Below are positions 62,901-64,000 of a stretch of DNA of 64,000 nt, piece after piece. The notes under the pieces were generated by a model. The model had not been told where the DNA came from. It was given only the letters and a program-made list of their open reading frames with translations, and made no database searches. The position numbers and the translations under genes were made by a program. The first letter of the stretch is position 1. Each line of letters begins with the position of its first letter. The stretch lies in assembly GCF_009914755.1 (NCBI RefSeq), contig NC_060926.1. One strand, 5' to 3'. Source of the stretch: the human T2T-CHM13v2.0 reference genome, Homo sapiens.

Positions 62901-64000
62901 GACATGGTTCCCCTTCCCTGCCTCAGTCAGCACAGAGCAGAACAAATCCTCATGCAAGATTTGGCCAGAGCTGGAAGGAGCCCCAGAGGCATCTCAGCCT
63001 GCCTCATTTCACCCCTAGGGAAACTGAGGCCTGATAAGGACCCAGGAGGCGGTCATGACCATCTGTACTTTCAGTTGCCATAAGAGACCAACAATCCGGG
63101 AGCGATCGGGACAGGTGAGCCAAGGAGGTCCGCAGCAGGGGCAGGGGTATGTGTGGGTACTGTTACAAAGGGCATAGGCCTAGCTCACTACCTCCCCTAT
63201 TCTCACAGCGCAAGAGACACTCTGAGGCCTGTTGCCCGAGGGGCCTGCGGGCCAAGTTCAGATGATCTAATACAAGGAAGAAAACCACTACCTCTGTTGA
63301 GTTTCTATCAGATGCCAGGCAGGAATCACCATGCCCAACTTACAGGTGAGGCCCAAGTGGCTGAGTGACTTGTCTGAGGTCGCCCAGGAGGTAAGGAGCA
63401 GAGCTTGGACTGCAAATGCAATGTTCTCCCACTCCACCTCCTTCCCCTCAGACCTAGAGGCCGCCCTGCTACTGCTATTTGCTTTGGGATAGTGTTGCCC
63501 TACCTGCCTGCTCAGCCTGCACCCCTGAGGTAGGGCCCTGTGGCCCCTGAGCCAGCTCCCTCCCATCCATGCTCTGGGGTCTTTCCATGTCCTTGTCATC
63601 CCCCAGCCCCTGCTGGAGGGCTGAAGCAGCTGGAACTGCTTTTTCCCACCAGGCCTGTCAGGACCAAGTCACCAGACCTACTCTCTCGAGAATCACTGCG
63701 TAATGGCCACTGGGAATCTGCATTTTAACAGGAAAGTTCTGGAAGCACTGTTTTGGAGAAATAAAGACTGGGATCTGCTGCTCTCAGGAAAGACTTTAGT
63801 TCTGTTTTTGAGGAAGGAAAACCAATTTCCACTCTATTCCACTAGGGCCAAAGCCAGCTGATATGCCCCCTTGATGGAATTAACAAGGAGCCTCTTCCAG
63901 GAGGTACAACCTCATGTGGTGGGCAAAGAGCCCCTTTCCGTGGGGGGATAAAAAGATTTCCCTTCCTATAAGCACATAGTTCCAAGATTCCTTCAGCTGA

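Noticed and set aside
60000-64000. Possible downstream gene or exon
   Set aside because: Only short ORFs and faint MIR/MER5-like traces; no coding signature, CpG island or coherent splice pattern.

Overview
Human (primate) genomic DNA containing the complete two-exon KCNK3 gene (TASK-1/K2P3.1 two-pore-domain K+ leak channel) on the + strand. The CDS is 9991-10273 joined to 47225-48126 (1185 nt, 394 aa). A single 36,951-nt GT-AG intron splits the first Gly codon of the P1 GYG filter. There is a CpG-island promoter around 9.6-10.8 kb and a long 3'UTR with candidate poly(A) signals at 50732, 51971 and 52950. The rest is non-coding, with about 22 Alu-family copies, MIR, L2, L3/CR1, old L1, MLT1/MLT2 LTRs, hAT DNA-transposon fossils and microsatellites. 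No other protein-coding gene, RNA gene or CRISPR array is supported. Most notable observations: (1) an AUG uORF whose UGA stop overlaps the KCNK3 start codon (AUGA); (2) a non-Alu 68-bp inverted repeat bracketing 2.3 kb upstream of the promoter; (3) an AUG-less -1 frame open for 679 codons across the spliced mRNA; (4) a CArG box and back-to-back REST half-sites in the core promoter; (5) a distal poly(A) signal inside a hAT transposon fossil; (6) an alternating inverted Alu array just past the gene end; (7) an intron that may be about 2.4 kb longer than the reference assembly. Repeat family names come from recognising consensus motifs by eye and need RepeatMasker/Dfam confirmation.
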